From contig CAZYGJ010000013.1 in assembly GCA_964646975.1 (NCBI GenBank), positions 2,466 through 66,465 on the forward strand: a stretch of 64,000 nucleotides of DNA, in the 5' to 3' direction. Both the position numbers and the translations under genes were made by a program. Position 1 is the stretch's first letter. Each line of letters opens with the position of its first letter. Below are positions 10,076-24,477 of the stretch, piece after piece. The notes under the pieces are model-generated. The model was not told the origin of the DNA. It did no database searches and saw nothing but the letters and a program-made list of their open reading frames with translations. This DNA comes from an uncultured Ruminococcus sp. GTDB lineage: Bacteria > Bacillota > Clostridia > Oscillospirales > Acutalibacteraceae.

Positions 10076-11092
10076 TTACTTTTTGTTTTTCTTTTTCTTC
10101 TTATCGGAAGATTTTTTTGACTGATTTTTGTTGTCTGTTGTGCTTACCTCGTGAGGAGCGTAAACATAGGGAACACTCGCCTCGTTTTGATAAAGCAGGG
10201 CAACGTGTCTTGCCTCCGAATTAGCTGTAAGCTGAGCGGGGCTGAAAATTTTGCCGAGCAAAATTGACTGAATCAAGCTGAGCAATGCCGAAATTATCCA
10301 ATAGAACGCAACTGCCGCAGGAACGGAGTATGCGATATATGCGGAAAACAGCGGAAGAATGTAAAACATAACCTTCATACAACCCTGTTGTTGATTCATC
10401 TGGTTGCCGTTTATCTTCTGCGTAATCACCTGAGAGCCTACGTTTGAAAGGAAGCACAGCACGGGGAACAAAATGTACCACGATGCAAAACCGAATTGGC
10501 TCGGAATTGCAAGCAAATCAACGCCCAATGTGTTAAAGCCCTGTTCAAACATCTGAATCTGAGCGATTTCAGCCGAGCTGAAAAGCCCCTGAATAGCCTC
10601 TGTGTTCTGAATGTTCGGGAAAATTGTCAACAAATTAATCTGCTGATATGTCTGGTTTGCGTTCATCACATAGCCGGGGATTGTGTCAATGTAGTTTACC
10701 GCCGCCTGAACGCTTTCGGAATTGAGGTGAAGTGTGTTTGTAAGCGGATATGCAACCGCATAAAATACGCCCAAAATTACAAGCAACGGAATAAGCATCG
10801 TAAGACAGCCGCCGCCAAACGGGCTGACGCCCTCTTTTTCGTACAGCTTGCTCATTTCCTCCTGAGCCTTTTGCTTGTTGTTGGCATATTTTTCTTTAAT
10901 TTCCTGTTGCTTTTTGCTCAGCCTTGCCGTGCTTGCCATAGACTTTTGCTGTTTGATTGAAAACGGGAACAGCACCAGCTTGACAACGAGCGTAAACAGG
11001 ATAATCGAAAGACCGAAGTTCTTAATAACATAGAAGATTCCCCACAATATGTAGCCGAGAAAGCCTCCGAGAAATCCGAAAATATATTGCAT
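10076..11092 (-). CDS. yidC: Membrane protein insertase YidC
   Basis: NFGLSIILFT, KLVLFP, GGGCL, YWIIS; canonical operon position. Confidence 0.93.
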   Translation of the reverse strand: MQYIFGFLGGFLGYILWGIFYVIKNFGLSIILFTLVVKLVLFPFSIKQQKSMASTARLSKKQQEIKEKYANNKQKAQEEMSKLYEKEGVSPFGGGCLTMLIPLLVILGVFYAVAYPLTNTLHLNSESVQAAVNYIDTIPGYVMNANQTYQQINLLTIFPNIQNTEAIQGLFSSAEIAQIQMFEQGFNTLGVDLLAIPSQFGFASWYILFPVLCFLSNVGSQVITQKINGNQMNQQQGCMKVMFYILPLFSAYIAYSVPAAVAFYWIISALLSLIQSILLGKIFSPAQLTANSEARHVALLYQNEASVPYVYAPHEVSTTDNKNQSKKSSDKKKKKNKK

Positions 11093-11134
11093 ATAGCTAC
11101 CTCTCTTTTGGCAGCATAGAATTAGGCTGCCGTT

Positions 11135-11362
11135 CTATTGCCTATTCTTTTTTGGTGGGACGGGGTCATAGCCGCCCTTAGAAAACGGGTTGCAGCGTAA
11201 AATCCGCCAAATCGTGAGAGCCGAACCCTTTAATGCACCAAACCTCTCGATAGCCTCAAGCCCATAATCCGAACAGCTCGGAATATACTTGCAGCTCGGC
11301 TTGGTGTGCGGAGAAATTGCGGCTTTGTAAAACCTAATCAATGCAAGAAGTACCCTTTTCAT
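11135..11362 (-). CDS. yidD: Membrane protein insertion efficiency factor
   Basis: [10 protein letters not shown] and [17 protein letters not shown] motifs. Confidence 0.95.
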   Translation of the reverse strand: MKRVLLALIRFYKAAISPHTKPSCKYIPSCSDYGLEAIERFGALKGSALTIWRILRCNPFSKGGYDPVPPKKNRQ

Positions 11363-11385
11363 ATTTCTATGACCTCAAAAGCCGA

Positions 11386-11721
11386 TTATTTCAAAACGCC
11401 GGCAGACTTCAAATGCTGCCTCATCGCCTTGCAAACAACCTGCGACTTCACAAACGGAGTTTTGCCTCTGGCTACAAACACAATATCATATCCACGATTC
11501 ATTTCGGGATAAAGCTGATAATAAGCCGCTCTGATAACTCTCCTTGCACGAGAACGCTTGACCGCCTTGCCGATTTTTTTGCCTGTGGTGATTCCAAAAC
11601 GCAGGTTATCGGATTTATTTTTTGTTACATAGGTCACCAAAACAGGACTGACAAAGGATTTTCCGCGTCTGTACAGTCTTGAAAAATCCCGATTGTCCTT
11701 TAGTGTGATATACTTTTTCAT
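11386..11721 (-). CDS. rnpA: RNase P protein component
   Basis: RFGITTGKKIGKAVKRSRARR (RNR-like motif); likely ATG at 11721 (ORF track begins at 11763). Confidence 0.93.
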   Translation of the reverse strand: MKKYITLKDNRDFSRLYRRGKSFVSPVLVTYVTKNKSDNLRFGITTGKKIGKAVKRSRARRVIRAAYYQLYPEMNRGYDIVFVARGKTPFVKSQVVCKAMRQHLKSAGVLK

Positions 11722-11784
11722 AACTTGTTGCGATTCAAGCCGTTGCCAAAAAAGATAGACCACTGATTAAAAGTGGCCTATACC

Positions 11785-11919
11785 TTAATAAGACAACCTT
11801 TTTCTACCTTTAGCTCTTCTTCTTGATAAAACCTTTTGTCCGTTAGAAGTGGACATTCTCTTTCTGAAACCATGCTCCTTTTTTCTGTGGAGCTTCTTAG
11901 GCTGATATGTTCTCAACAT
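11785..11919 (-). CDS. rpmH: 50S ribosomal protein L34 (absent from ORF track)
   Basis: Manual translation [44 protein letters not shown]. Confidence 0.96.
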   Translation of the reverse strand: MLRTYQPKKLHRKKEHGFRKRMSTSNGQKVLSRRRAKGRKRLSY

Positions 11920-11993
11920 ACTGAAAACCTCCCTTCAAAATATAACCTTGCAATATAGCATTATACCTTAGTTTTGCGTTTTCGTCAACACTT

Positions 11994-13372
11994 TTTTGCA
12001 TTTTTGTACATTTCACCGCAGGAATGTTTGATGTGCTTTCAAAGGCGTAAACACGTCCGAACACTGCATCTAATTCAAACATTTTTGTGCATTTCACCGC
12101 AGGAAGCTTTGATGTGCTTTCAAAGCTATGAACTCGTCCTAATACTGCATTTAAGTTATAATTTAGATGTCACTTTTCAAGGCTCTCTTGTGCAAAGGGA
12201 GTTTTTGTGCATTTCATCGCAGTAATGTTTGATGTGATTTCAAAGGCGTAAACACGTCCAAACACTGCATTTAATTCAAGCCTTTTGCCTACAAAATGAC
12301 TGAGGGATTGCCTGTCGCAGTAGCGTATTATTTAAATTTAACATTTTCTACAATAGAATAACTGAAAACTTTTTCACAGCTATCATTGTTATTGAAATAT
12401 GAACACTTCCAAGGCTCCCGCTTGAGGGGAGCTGTCAGCGAAGCTGACTGATGGGTGGACACTGCATTACTTCCGTGATTATGAAGCTTTATTCCCTCAA
12501 TAATGTTTTTGAAAAAATTTTAACTCCATTCTCTCAGCTCACCCTTCCGTCACGACTTTCGTCGTGCCACCCTCCCTCAAGTGAGGGCTTGGTGCGTATG
12601 GAATTTTTTGCTTGAAAATCTGACGCTAATCTAACAGAAATGTTTACAATCCCTCCGACAAAAATTTTTGTCTATTCAGCGTAGGCAGGTTATATTTAAA
12701 TCCAACATAACATTCTCGTCCTAATACCACATTTAGTTCAAGCATTTTTGCCACCTCCCTTTACACAAGGGAGGCTTTGATTTTGCGGAAATGTTGAGCA
12801 AAAAAACTATACTTTCAGCTATCAGAAAACTTTTCCATATCTATCAATTTATCCGAAATATGCAACTTTTCACGGCTCCCTTGTGCAAAGGGAGCTGTCA
12901 TTTTGTCTACAAAATGACTGAGGGATTGCCTGTCGCAGTAGCGTATTATTTAAATTTAACATTTCCTTAGCTCACCCTTCCGTCACGACTTCGTCGTGCC
13001 ACCCTCCCTCAAGTGAGGGCTTGGTGCGTATGGAATTTTTTGCTTGAAAATCTGACGCTAATCTAACAGAAACGCTTTCAATCCCTCCGACAAAAATTTT
13101 TGTCTATTCAGCGTAGGCAGGTTATATTTAAATCCAACATAACATTCTCGTCCTAATACTGCATTTAATTCAAGCATTTTTGCCACCTCCCTTTACACAA
13201 GGGAGTTTTTGTGCATTTCATCGCAGTTGTGTTTGATAATAATTCAAAGTTTACACCCGTCCGCACACTGCATTTTGGTTATAATTTAAATGTCACTTTC
13301 CAAGGCTATCTTTATTATTGAAATGTGCTACCTTCCAAGGCTCTCTTGTGCAAAGGGAGTTTTGCCCATTTC
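11994..13372. repeat. Mosaic REP-like array 2 (largest)
   Basis: Tandem 81 bp modules at 12000 and 12081; about 8 whole or partial double-hairpin repeats in both orientations; internal ~235 bp near-duplication (12537-12770 vs 12970-13203). Confidence 0.92.
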
Positions 13373-13428
13373 AGTGAATTAAAACAATGCTTTCAAAATT
13401 TTTCATTGCAAAAAGATAAAATTAAGTA

Positions 13429-13457
13429 TTGCTAACCGTGCAAAGGTTTGATATAAT
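13429..13457 (+). promoter_or_regulatory. Sigma-A promoter of guaB
   Basis: TTGCTA-17 bp-TATAAT with extended -10 TG. Confidence 0.7.
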
Positions 13458-13459
13458 AA

Positions 13460-14992
<1,533 letters not shown>

Positions 14993-15004
14993 AGGATTGA
15001 TATT

Positions 15005-15961
15005 ATGTATAGACTTGGCATAGACCTCGGCGGCACAAACATCGTAGCAGGTGTTGTTGACGACGTAAAGCACAAAATCATTGCAAAGGCTTCGTGCAAA
15101 ACCGCAGTTCCTCGCCCCGAAAGCGAAATCTGCGACAGTATGGCAGAGGTTGCCCTCAAAGCCATTGAAAAAGCAAAGCTGACAATCAACGATATTAAAT
15201 CAGTCGGAATCGGCGTTCCCGGTGCGGTTAACCCAAAAACGGGCGTTATTGAATATTCGGCAAACCTTTTCTTCCATAACTGGGAAGTTGTTAAGATGAT
15301 GGAAGAAAGGCTCAACAAAAAGGTTTTCATCGAAAACGACGCAAACGCCGCAGCCTTGGGCGAGTTTCTTGCAGGAAGTGCAAAGGGCTCAAAAAATGCG
15401 GTTGCAATCACTCTCGGAACAGGCGTCGGCGGCGGCATTATCATTGACGGCAAAATTTACAGCGGCTCAAACTATGCAGGTGCAGAGCTTGGCCATATGG
15501 TAATTGTTAAGGACGGCAAAAAATGTGCCTGCGGCAGACTCGGTTGCTGGGAAGCCTACGCTTCGGCAACGGGACTCATCAGCCTTACCAAAGAAAAAAT
15601 CCTTTCCGAAAAGCTTGAATTCAGCTATATGCTCAAAATGTGCGACGGCGACATCAACAAGGTTGACGGCAGAACAGCGTTTGACGCTATGCGTGACGGC
15701 GACCCCACAGCAAAAGCCGTTGTTGAGGAGTACCTCAGCTACCTTGCCTGCGGACTTGTCAATATCATCAACATCTTCCAGCCCGATGTGCTTTGTCTGG
15801 GCGGAGGAATTGCAAACGAGGGCGAAAATCTCCTTGCACCGCTTCGTGCAATAATCGAGAGAGAACGCTACACCAAGCACAACGACAAGCAAACCGTTAT
15901 CTGCAAATGCACCCTCGGCAACGACGCCGGAATCATCGGTGCGGCTAACTGCTACAACTGA
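15005..15961 (+). CDS. ROK family sugar kinase (glucokinase-like)
   Basis: GIDLGGT, ENDANAAALGE, TLGTGVGGG, ELGH, CACGRLGCWE. Confidence 0.92.
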   Translation: MYRLGIDLGGTNIVAGVVDDVKHKIIAKASCKTAVPRPESEICDSMAEVALKAIEKAKLTINDIKSVGIGVPGAVNPKTGVIEYSANLFFHNWEVVKMMEERLNKKVFIENDANAAALGEFLAGSAKGSKNAVAITLGTGVGGGIIIDGKIYSGSNYAGAELGHMVIVKDGKKCACGRLGCWEAYASATGLISLTKEKILSEKLEFSYMLKMCDGDINKVDGRTAFDAMRDGDPTAKAVVEEYLSYLACGLVNIINIFQPDVLCLGGGIANEGENLLAPLRAIIERERYTKHNDKQTVICKCTLGNDAGIIGAANCYN

Positions 15962-15996
15962 TTATACCTTTTATAATCAAATAAAAATATTAAAAA

Positions 15997-16030
15997 CTGA
16001 CTTGCTCGAAGTAAAGCAGGTCAGTTTTTT
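15997..16030 (+). terminator. Rho-independent terminator after guaB-ROK
   Basis: CTGACTTGCT-loop-AGCAGGTCAG followed by a T tract. Confidence 0.7.
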
Positions 16031-16035
16031 GCGTC

Positions 16036-17090
16036 TTTTGCCTATTCAACGCAGGTGGATTGTCAGCGTTTCTGTTAGATTAGCGTCAGATTTTCAAGCA
16101 AAAAATTCCATACGCACCAAGCCCTCACTTGAGGGAGGGTGGCACGACGAAGTCGTGACGGAAGGGTGAGTTGAGAGAATGGAGTTAAAATTTTTTCAAA
16201 AACATTATTGAGGGAATAAAGCTTCATAATCACGGAAGTAATGCAGTGTCCACCCATCAGTCAGCTTCGCTGACAGCTCCCCTCAAGCGGGAGCCTTGGA
16301 AGTGTTCATATTTCAATAACAATGATAGCTGTGAAAAAGTTTTCAGTTATTCTATTGTAGAAAATGTTAAATTTAAATAATACGCTACTGCGACAGGCAA
16401 TCCCTCAGTCATTTTGTAGACAAAATGACAGCTCCCTTTGCACAAGGGAGCCGTGAAAAGTTGCATATTTCGGATAAATTGATAGCTGTGGAAAAGTTTT
16501 CTGATAAATTAAACCTTAGATTTTAGTTGAACATTTCCGTAAAATCAAAGCCTCCCTTGTGTAAAGGGAGGTGGCAAAATGCTTGAATTAAATGCAGTGT
16601 TAGAACGTGAATGTTATGTTGGATTTAAATATAACCTGCCTACGCTGAATAGACAAAAATTTTTGTCGGAGGGATTGAAAGCGTTTCTGTTAGATTAGCG
16701 TCAGATTTTCAAGCAAAAAATTCCATACGCACCAAGCCCTCACTTGAGGGAGGGTGGCACGACGAAGTCGTGACGGAAGGGTGAGCTAAGGAAATGTTAA
16801 ATTTAAATAATACGCTACTGCGACAGGCAATCCCTCAGTCATTTTGTAGACAAAATGACAGCTCCCTTTGCACAAGGGAGCCTTGGAAAGTGACATCTAA
16901 ATTATAACCAAAATGCAGTGTTCGGACGTGTTTACGCCTTTGAAATCACATTAAACCTACCTACGCTGAAATACACAAAAACGTTTGAATTAAATGCAGT
17001 GTGCGGACGTGTTCACAGTTTTGAAAACACATTAAACTTAACTGCGGTGAAATGCACAAAAATGCTTGAATTTCGCCGCAGTAATGTTTA
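16036..17090. repeat. Mosaic REP-like array 3
   Basis: Same modules as array 2 in opposite overall orientation; 16070-16425 is nearly the reverse complement of 12283-12639. Confidence 0.92.
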
Positions 17091-17099
17091 ATATTCTTT

Positions 17100-17597
17100 T
17101 CAAATCCGTGTCGACACTTGCAAATCCTTAATATACCTGACGTCGCAGGCAAAATGCTCTGTTTTTGTCAAAGGCACAGCTATGCGTTCAAAGCCGTATT
17201 TCTCATAAAATCTTTGAGCTGCTTTCATATTATCAAGCGTTTCCAAATAGCATTTATCGTAAAATTCGGCGGCAAAGCTCAACGCCTTGCTCATCAGCTT
17301 GCCAGCCACGCCCGTGCCTCTTGCTTGGGGCAGGCAATACATTTTTTGCAGCTCGCACACATTTTGGGTATCACCGAGCTTTCCGATTCCCACGCCGCCA
17401 ACGATATTTCCCTGCTCATCTACTGCCACCCAATATTTGGAGCCGACGGCGTTATAAACCTCTGAAAATCGGCACAAATCGGGGTCTGCCCAAGCCGTTC
17501 CGTCGTGGTCTGCTCCAAACTCAACCAAGCAAGCCCTGATGACCGCCTCAACCTCGCTGTTGTCCTTTTCTTCAATTTCTCTGATTATATATTGCAA
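17100..17597 (-). CDS. GNAT family N-acetyltransferase
   Basis: CELQKMY..QARGTGVA acetyl-CoA motif, LETL..AQRFYEKYGF; probable TTG start at 17597. Confidence 0.88.
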   Translation of the reverse strand: MQYIIREIEEKDNSEVEAVIRACLVEFGADHDGTAWADPDLCRFSEVYNAVGSKYWVAVDEQGNIVGGVGIGKLGDTQNVCELQKMYCLPQARGTGVAGKLMSKALSFAAEFYDKCYLETLDNMKAAQRFYEKYGFERIAVPLTKTEHFACDVRYIKDLQVSTRI

Positions 17598-17675
17598 AAA
17601 ATCACACCTTTTATTAAGTATACAAAAATGGAGTGTCAAAAATCACCTGTTAAAGATGGTTTTTGACACTCCATT

Positions 17676-17763
17676 TGGTGCCGGTGACCGGACTTGAACC
17701 GGTACGGAGTATTAGTCCGAGGGATTTTAAGTCCCTTGTGTCTGCCTATTCCACCACACCGGC
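17676..17763 (-). tRNA. tRNA-Leu(TAA)
   Basis: Cloverleaf with long variable arm, anticodon loop CT-TAA-AA, encoded CCA. Confidence 0.95.
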
Positions 17764-17774
17764 ATAAAAAAGTT

Positions 17775-17849
17775 TGGTGACCCGGACGAGAATCGAACTC
17801 GTGTTACCGCCGTGAAAGGGCGGTGTCTTAACCGCTTGACCACCGGGCC
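17775..17849 (-). tRNA. tRNA-Glu(TTC)
   Basis: GGCCCGGTGGTCAAGCGGTTAAGACACCGCCCTTTCACGGCGG...CACCA. Confidence 0.96.
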
Positions 17850-17854
17850 GGATT

Positions 17855-17931
17855 TGGTAGCGGAAATAGGACTTGAACCTACGACACTTCGGGTATGAAC
17901 CGAATGCTCTAGCCAGCTGAGCTATTCCGCC
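17855..17931 (-). tRNA. tRNA-Met(CAT), elongator type
   Basis: GGCGGAATAGCTCAGCTGGCTAGAGC..TTCATAC..GCTACCA; paired first base, not initiator-like. Confidence 0.9.
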
Positions 17932-18013
17932 ATAACTGCTGACACTTAAAATCAGCAAGATTTATTATATTGCATAATATGAATTTTGTCAATACCTTTT
18001 TGAAAAGTTTTTG

Positions 18014-18754
18014 CTAATTTTGAAAATTTTCGTATTCAACAAGCTCCCATTCTTCTTTCAGCTCGTCAGACACAGGAAAAACCCTGTAAAGCATAACGCT
18101 GGATTTGCTGTCTGTTTTATTTTCTTGAGTGCTGAGCGAGAACACAAAGCCCTGATACCACACAGAATCGCCGCTGTCGGTTGTTACACGGTAAAAAACG
18201 TTTTCCAAAAAGCTCTCGCTTCCCGTCGGAAACTGACACACAGCCTCAGCCATAATCGCCGCATTTTCAAGGGTTTTGTTTGAAGCCTCGGCGTTACCCT
18301 CGTCCGACATAAAATTGCTGATAGTCGTGCCTAAGCCGACATTCACCAGCTTTTTGCTTTCAAGCTCAACCGTAGCGGTCAGATTGTAGGTGTCGCCGTT
18401 ATAGTAATAATAGCAAAGTGAAACGTGGTTTTCGTCCGCTTTCACGTCGCTTTTTTGCTTCCAACCGTCTTTTGGAATAAGGTCCTCCTCTCCCAAAGCA
18501 CGCTTGATTTTGTTGAATTTTTCCGTATATTCCTCAAGCGTCAGCGTAAACCTCACACCGTTCACGTTGTCGCTTTTTTCAATCGAGTTCAGGTTTTGTG
18601 CAGGATAAATCTCATCAACCGTAGATAAATTCGCTTGCACCTGTTGCTGATTGATTGCAGGGCTGTTTGAGCAAGCCGCCATACCTGCCGTGCCGACAAG
18701 CAAGGCAAGTATGACAAGCGTTGAATTTAAAATTTTAAAAACTGTGTGCTTCAT
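18014..18754 (-). CDS. Hypothetical lipoprotein
   Basis: Hydrophobic signal peptide ending GMAAC (lipobox); 246 aa. Confidence 0.7.
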   Translation of the reverse strand: MKHTVFKILNSTLVILALLVGTAGMAACSNSPAINQQQVQANLSTVDEIYPAQNLNSIEKSDNVNGVRFTLTLEEYTEKFNKIKRALGEEDLIPKDGWKQKSDVKADENHVSLCYYYYNGDTYNLTATVELESKKLVNVGLGTTISNFMSDEGNAEASNKTLENAAIMAEAVCQFPTGSESFLENVFYRVTTDSGDSVWYQGFVFSLSTQENKTDSKSSVMLYRVFPVSDELKEEWELVEYENFQN

Positions 18755-18767
18755 ATTTCAAAATTCG

Positions 18768-21308
18768 TTATTCGTTCACTTCGGAATTATCGGAATTTTC
18801 AGCATCGTCGGCAACCTCTGCCGTCTTCTCACCGCTTTCCTCGGTCGGCTCTGTGCTTTCCTCCTCGGCTTCGTGCGGAGCACGAGCCACAGTCACAACC
18901 TTGTCGCCGTCGCCTGTTTTCATCAGCGTAACGCCCTTTGCGGGACGTGAACAAATTCTGATGGTTTCGGCGGCAATTCTGATGATAATTCCGTCCTGAG
19001 AAATGATTATAACGTCGTCGTCAAGGTCTACCACCTTGATTGCGGCAACATCGCCGTATTTTTCAACGTGATAGTTGGTAAGACCCTTGCCGCCTCTGCT
19101 TTGAACACGATAGTCGTCGGGACTTGAAAGTCTGCCGTAGCCTGTTTCGGACACGGTGAGAACATAACCGCCCTCACGCACAACGCTCATTCCCACAACG
19201 CAGTCGCCCTCCTTGAGCTTCAACGCCTTAACACCACGAGCCTGTCTGCCCATAGGACGAACGTCGGTTTCATTAAAGCGAATTGCAACGCCCTTTTTGG
19301 TTGCGACAATAACCTGACTGTTGCCGTCGGTCATTCTTACCCACGCAAGCTCGTCGCCGTCGTTTAATTCAAGTGCAATCAAGCCGCCCTTGCGTGCCGT
19401 GTTGTATGCACTGAGTGCAATCCTCTTGATAATGCCATGACGGGTTACCATAATCAGGTATTTTTCCTCGTCAAACTCAGGCACTCTTATCATTGAAGTC
19501 ACCTTTTCGTCGGTAGAAAGAGGCAAAAGATTAGCAATGTTAATGCCCTTTGACTGTCTGCTTCCTTCGGGAACTTCATAGCATTTAAGCCTGTAAACCC
19601 TGCCCTTGTCGGTAAAGAACAGAACATAGTCGTGCGAATTGATGATAAACATTTCGGAGGCAACGTCCTCCTCACGCCTTGACATACCCGAAACACCACG
19701 TCCGCCTCGGCGTTGCAGCTTGTAGGTGTCAACCGCAAGTCGCTTAACATAACCGAACTGAGTGAGCGTAAGCACACATTCCTCCTGCGGAATAAGGTCT
19801 TCAATGTCAACCTCACCGCTGACTGAGCAAATCTCGGTTCTTCTGGGGTCTGCATACTTGTTGCGAAGAGCGATAAGCTCCTCTTTAACGATTTCAAGCT
19901 TTCGTGTTTCGCTTGCAAGAATTTCAAGATATTCCTTAATCTTTGCCTGCAAAGTGGCAATTTCCTCGTCAATCTTGGCACGCTCCATATTTGTGAGCTG
20001 TCCCAATCGCATCTGAACAATCGCCTGAGCCTGAATCTCGTCAAGACCGAAGCGTTCCATAAGTGCGGCTCTTGCACTCGGCAAATCGGGGCTTTTGCGA
20101 ATCAATGCGATAACCTCGTCGATAAAGTCAATCGCAATCTTCAAGCCCTCCAAAATATGCTCTCTGTCCTGAGCCTTTTTAAGGTCAAACTCGGTGCGGC
20201 GGCGGATAACCTCCTCCTGAAACTCAATGTAGCACTTGAGCATTTCCTTGAGTGTAAGGATTTTCGGCTCGCCGTCAACAATGGCAAGCATAATCGCACC
20301 AAAGGTAGTTTGAAGCTGAGTATAAGAAAACAACTGGTTAAGCACGATTTGAGGCGAAGCGTCACGCTTTACGTCAATTTCAATGTGCATACCGATTCTG
20401 TCGGAGTGGTCTTCAATATTTGAAATGCCCTCAATCTTTTTGTCTTTAACAAGGTTTGCAATGGTTTCAATCAGCCTTGCCTTGTTCACCTTGTAGGGCA
20501 GCTCGGTTACAATAATCTTAAATCTGCCGTTTTTAGCCTCAACGATTTCGGTTTTGGCACGAACGGTAATCTTACCCCTACCTGTTGCATAAGCGGCTCT
20601 TATTCCGCTTCTGCCCATAATTATGCCGCCTGTCGGAAAGTCCGGACCCGGCAACGCCTCCATAAGCTCGGCAACCTCGGCGTCGGGGTTGTCAATCAGC
20701 GTGCAAACAGCGTCAATGGTTTCGCCCAGATTGTGGGGCGGAATTTCGGTTGCCATACCAACGGCAATACCGCTTGAACCGTTTACAAGCAGGTTTGGAA
20801 AACGGCTCGGCAAAACAACAGGCTCTTTAAGTCTGTCATCGTAGTTGGGGATAAAGTCAACTGTGTTTTTGTCGATGTCGGTGAGCATATCCATAGATAT
20901 TTTGCTCATTCTTGCTTCTGTGTAACGATAAGCAGCAGGCGGGTCACCGTCAACCGAACCAAAGTTTCCGTGACCGTCAACCAGCATATATCTCATCGAA
21001 AAGTCCTGAGCAAGTCGAACCATTGCGTCATAAACCGAGGTGTCACCGTGAGGGTGATACGAGCCCAGCACAGAACCAACGGTGTCGGCACATTTGTGGT
21101 AAGGCTTTGACGGCTCAAGACCTCTTTCAAACATTGTGTAGAGAATACGACGGTGAACAGGCTTCAAGCCGTCACGCACGTCGGGCAAGGCTCTTGAAAC
21201 GATAACACTCATCGAGTAATCAAGAAAGCTCTTACGCATCTCGCTTTGCAGGTCAACGTCAATTATTCTTTTTTCTGTCTGCTGTTCATTCATCTGTTCA
21301 TTATCCAT
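18768..21308 (-). CDS. gyrA: DNA gyrase subunit A
   Basis: [22 protein letters not shown] active-site region, GyrA-box QRRGGRG. Confidence 0.98.
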   Translation of the reverse strand: MDNEQMNEQQTEKRIIDVDLQSEMRKSFLDYSMSVIVSRALPDVRDGLKPVHRRILYTMFERGLEPSKPYHKCADTVGSVLGSYHPHGDTSVYDAMVRLAQDFSMRYMLVDGHGNFGSVDGDPPAAYRYTEARMSKISMDMLTDIDKNTVDFIPNYDDRLKEPVVLPSRFPNLLVNGSSGIAVGMATEIPPHNLGETIDAVCTLIDNPDAEVAELMEALPGPDFPTGGIIMGRSGIRAAYATGRGKITVRAKTEIVEAKNGRFKIIVTELPYKVNKARLIETIANLVKDKKIEGISNIEDHSDRIGMHIEIDVKRDASPQIVLNQLFSYTQLQTTFGAIMLAIVDGEPKILTLKEMLKCYIEFQEEVIRRRTEFDLKKAQDREHILEGLKIAIDFIDEVIALIRKSPDLPSARAALMERFGLDEIQAQAIVQMRLGQLTNMERAKIDEEIATLQAKIKEYLEILASETRKLEIVKEELIALRNKYADPRRTEICSVSGEVDIEDLIPQEECVLTLTQFGYVKRLAVDTYKLQRRGGRGVSGMSRREEDVASEMFIINSHDYVLFFTDKGRVYRLKCYEVPEGSRQSKGINIANLLPLSTDEKVTSMIRVPEFDEEKYLIMVTRHGIIKRIALSAYNTARKGGLIALELNDGDELAWVRMTDGNSQVIVATKKGVAIRFNETDVRPMGRQARGVKALKLKEGDCVVGMSVVREGGYVLTVSETGYGRLSSPDDYRVQSRGGKGLTNYHVEKYGDVAAIKVVDLDDDVIIISQDGIIIRIAAETIRICSRPAKGVTLMKTGDGDKVVTVARAPHEAEEESTEPTEESGEKTAEVADDAENSDNSEVNE

Positions 21309-21335
21309 TTTTTACCTCTTTTATATAATCAGCGT

Positions 21336-21925
21336 AATTTTGTGTATTTCAACGTAGTTAAATTTGATGTGTTTACAAAATAGTGAACGCGTCCTAACAC
21401 TGCATTTTGGTTATAATTTAGATGTCACTTTCCAAGGCTATCATTGTTATTGAAATGTGCTACCTTTCAAGGCTCCCGCTTGAGGGGAGCTGTCAGCGAA
21501 GCTGACTGAGGGGTGGACACTGCATTACTTCCGTGATTATGAAGCTTTATTCCCTCAATAATGTTTTTGAAAAAATTTTAACTCCATTCTCTCAACTCAC
21601 CCTTCCGTCACGACTTCGTCGTGCCACCCTCCCTCAAGTGAGGGCTTGGTGCGTGTGGAAGCTTTGGTTTTAAATTTTAACGTTCATATAACATAAACGC
21701 TTTCAATCCCTCCGACAAAAATTTTTGTCTATTCAGCGTAGGCAGGTTATATTTAAATTCAACATAACATTCACGTTCTAACACTGCATTTAATTCAAGC
21801 ATTTTTGCCACCTCCCTTTACACAAGGGAGGCTTGGATTTTGCGGAAATGTTGAGCGAAAAATAATACTTTCAGCTATCAGAAAACTTTTCCACAGCTAT
21901 CAACTAAACCAAAATATGCAACTTC
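21336..21925. repeat. Mosaic REP-like array 4
   Basis: ~80 bp module, hairpin repeats near 21474, 21595 and 21713-21833, shared linkers; fills the thioesterase-gyrA spacer. Confidence 0.9.
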
Positions 21926-21930
21926 TACAC

Positions 21931-22365
21931 TTACGCAAAAAACTTCAAATTGGCGTTGATTTTATCAAACAGGTCGGGCATACGTTTTTTGATGTTGCAG
22001 GGCTTAAAGGTTTTTGCGTCAATAAACCCGTGCTGAGTTGAGCCGTAGCCCAGCTCGGTTTCACTGCCGTCGTCGTTAATACGCTTTACGGAATACGAAA
22101 ACTCTATTCTTGCGGCACTGATAAACGTGCACCATGTGCGAATAATCAGATTATCGTCATATTTTGACGGCAGCTTGTAATGACAGTTAAGGTTCAGCAC
22201 GGGCGTCATAACCCCTGCCTCCTCCATATCTCTGTATGACGTGCCGAACTTTCTGATGTAATCTGCTCTGCCCATTTCATACCAAATAGGATAATTTGAA
22301 TGATGAGTAATTCCCATTTTGTCGGTTTCAACATATCTGACCTGTACTTTTGTTCTTGCGTGCAT
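21931..22365 (-). CDS. Acyl-CoA thioesterase (YbgC/4HBT family)
   Basis: VRYVETDKMGITHHSNY motif. Confidence 0.9.
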   Translation of the reverse strand: MHARTKVQVRYVETDKMGITHHSNYPIWYEMGRADYIRKFGTSYRDMEEAGVMTPVLNLNCHYKLPSKYDDNLIIRTWCTFISAARIEFSYSVKRINDDGSETELGYGSTQHGFIDAKTFKPCNIKKRMPDLFDKINANLKFFA

Positions 22366-22419
22366 AACGAACTTCCTTTTTAAATGCGGTTAATTAACCT
22401 TGTTGATAATCGAATAAAT

Positions 22420-24453
<2,034 letters not shown>

Positions 24454-24477
24454 TTACCTCTTTTATATAATCAGCGT

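Noticed and set aside
11994-13372. Arrays as CRISPR loci
   Set aside because: No constant-length repeat alternating with unique spacers. The linkers are themselves repeated, orientations are mixed, and there are no cas genes.
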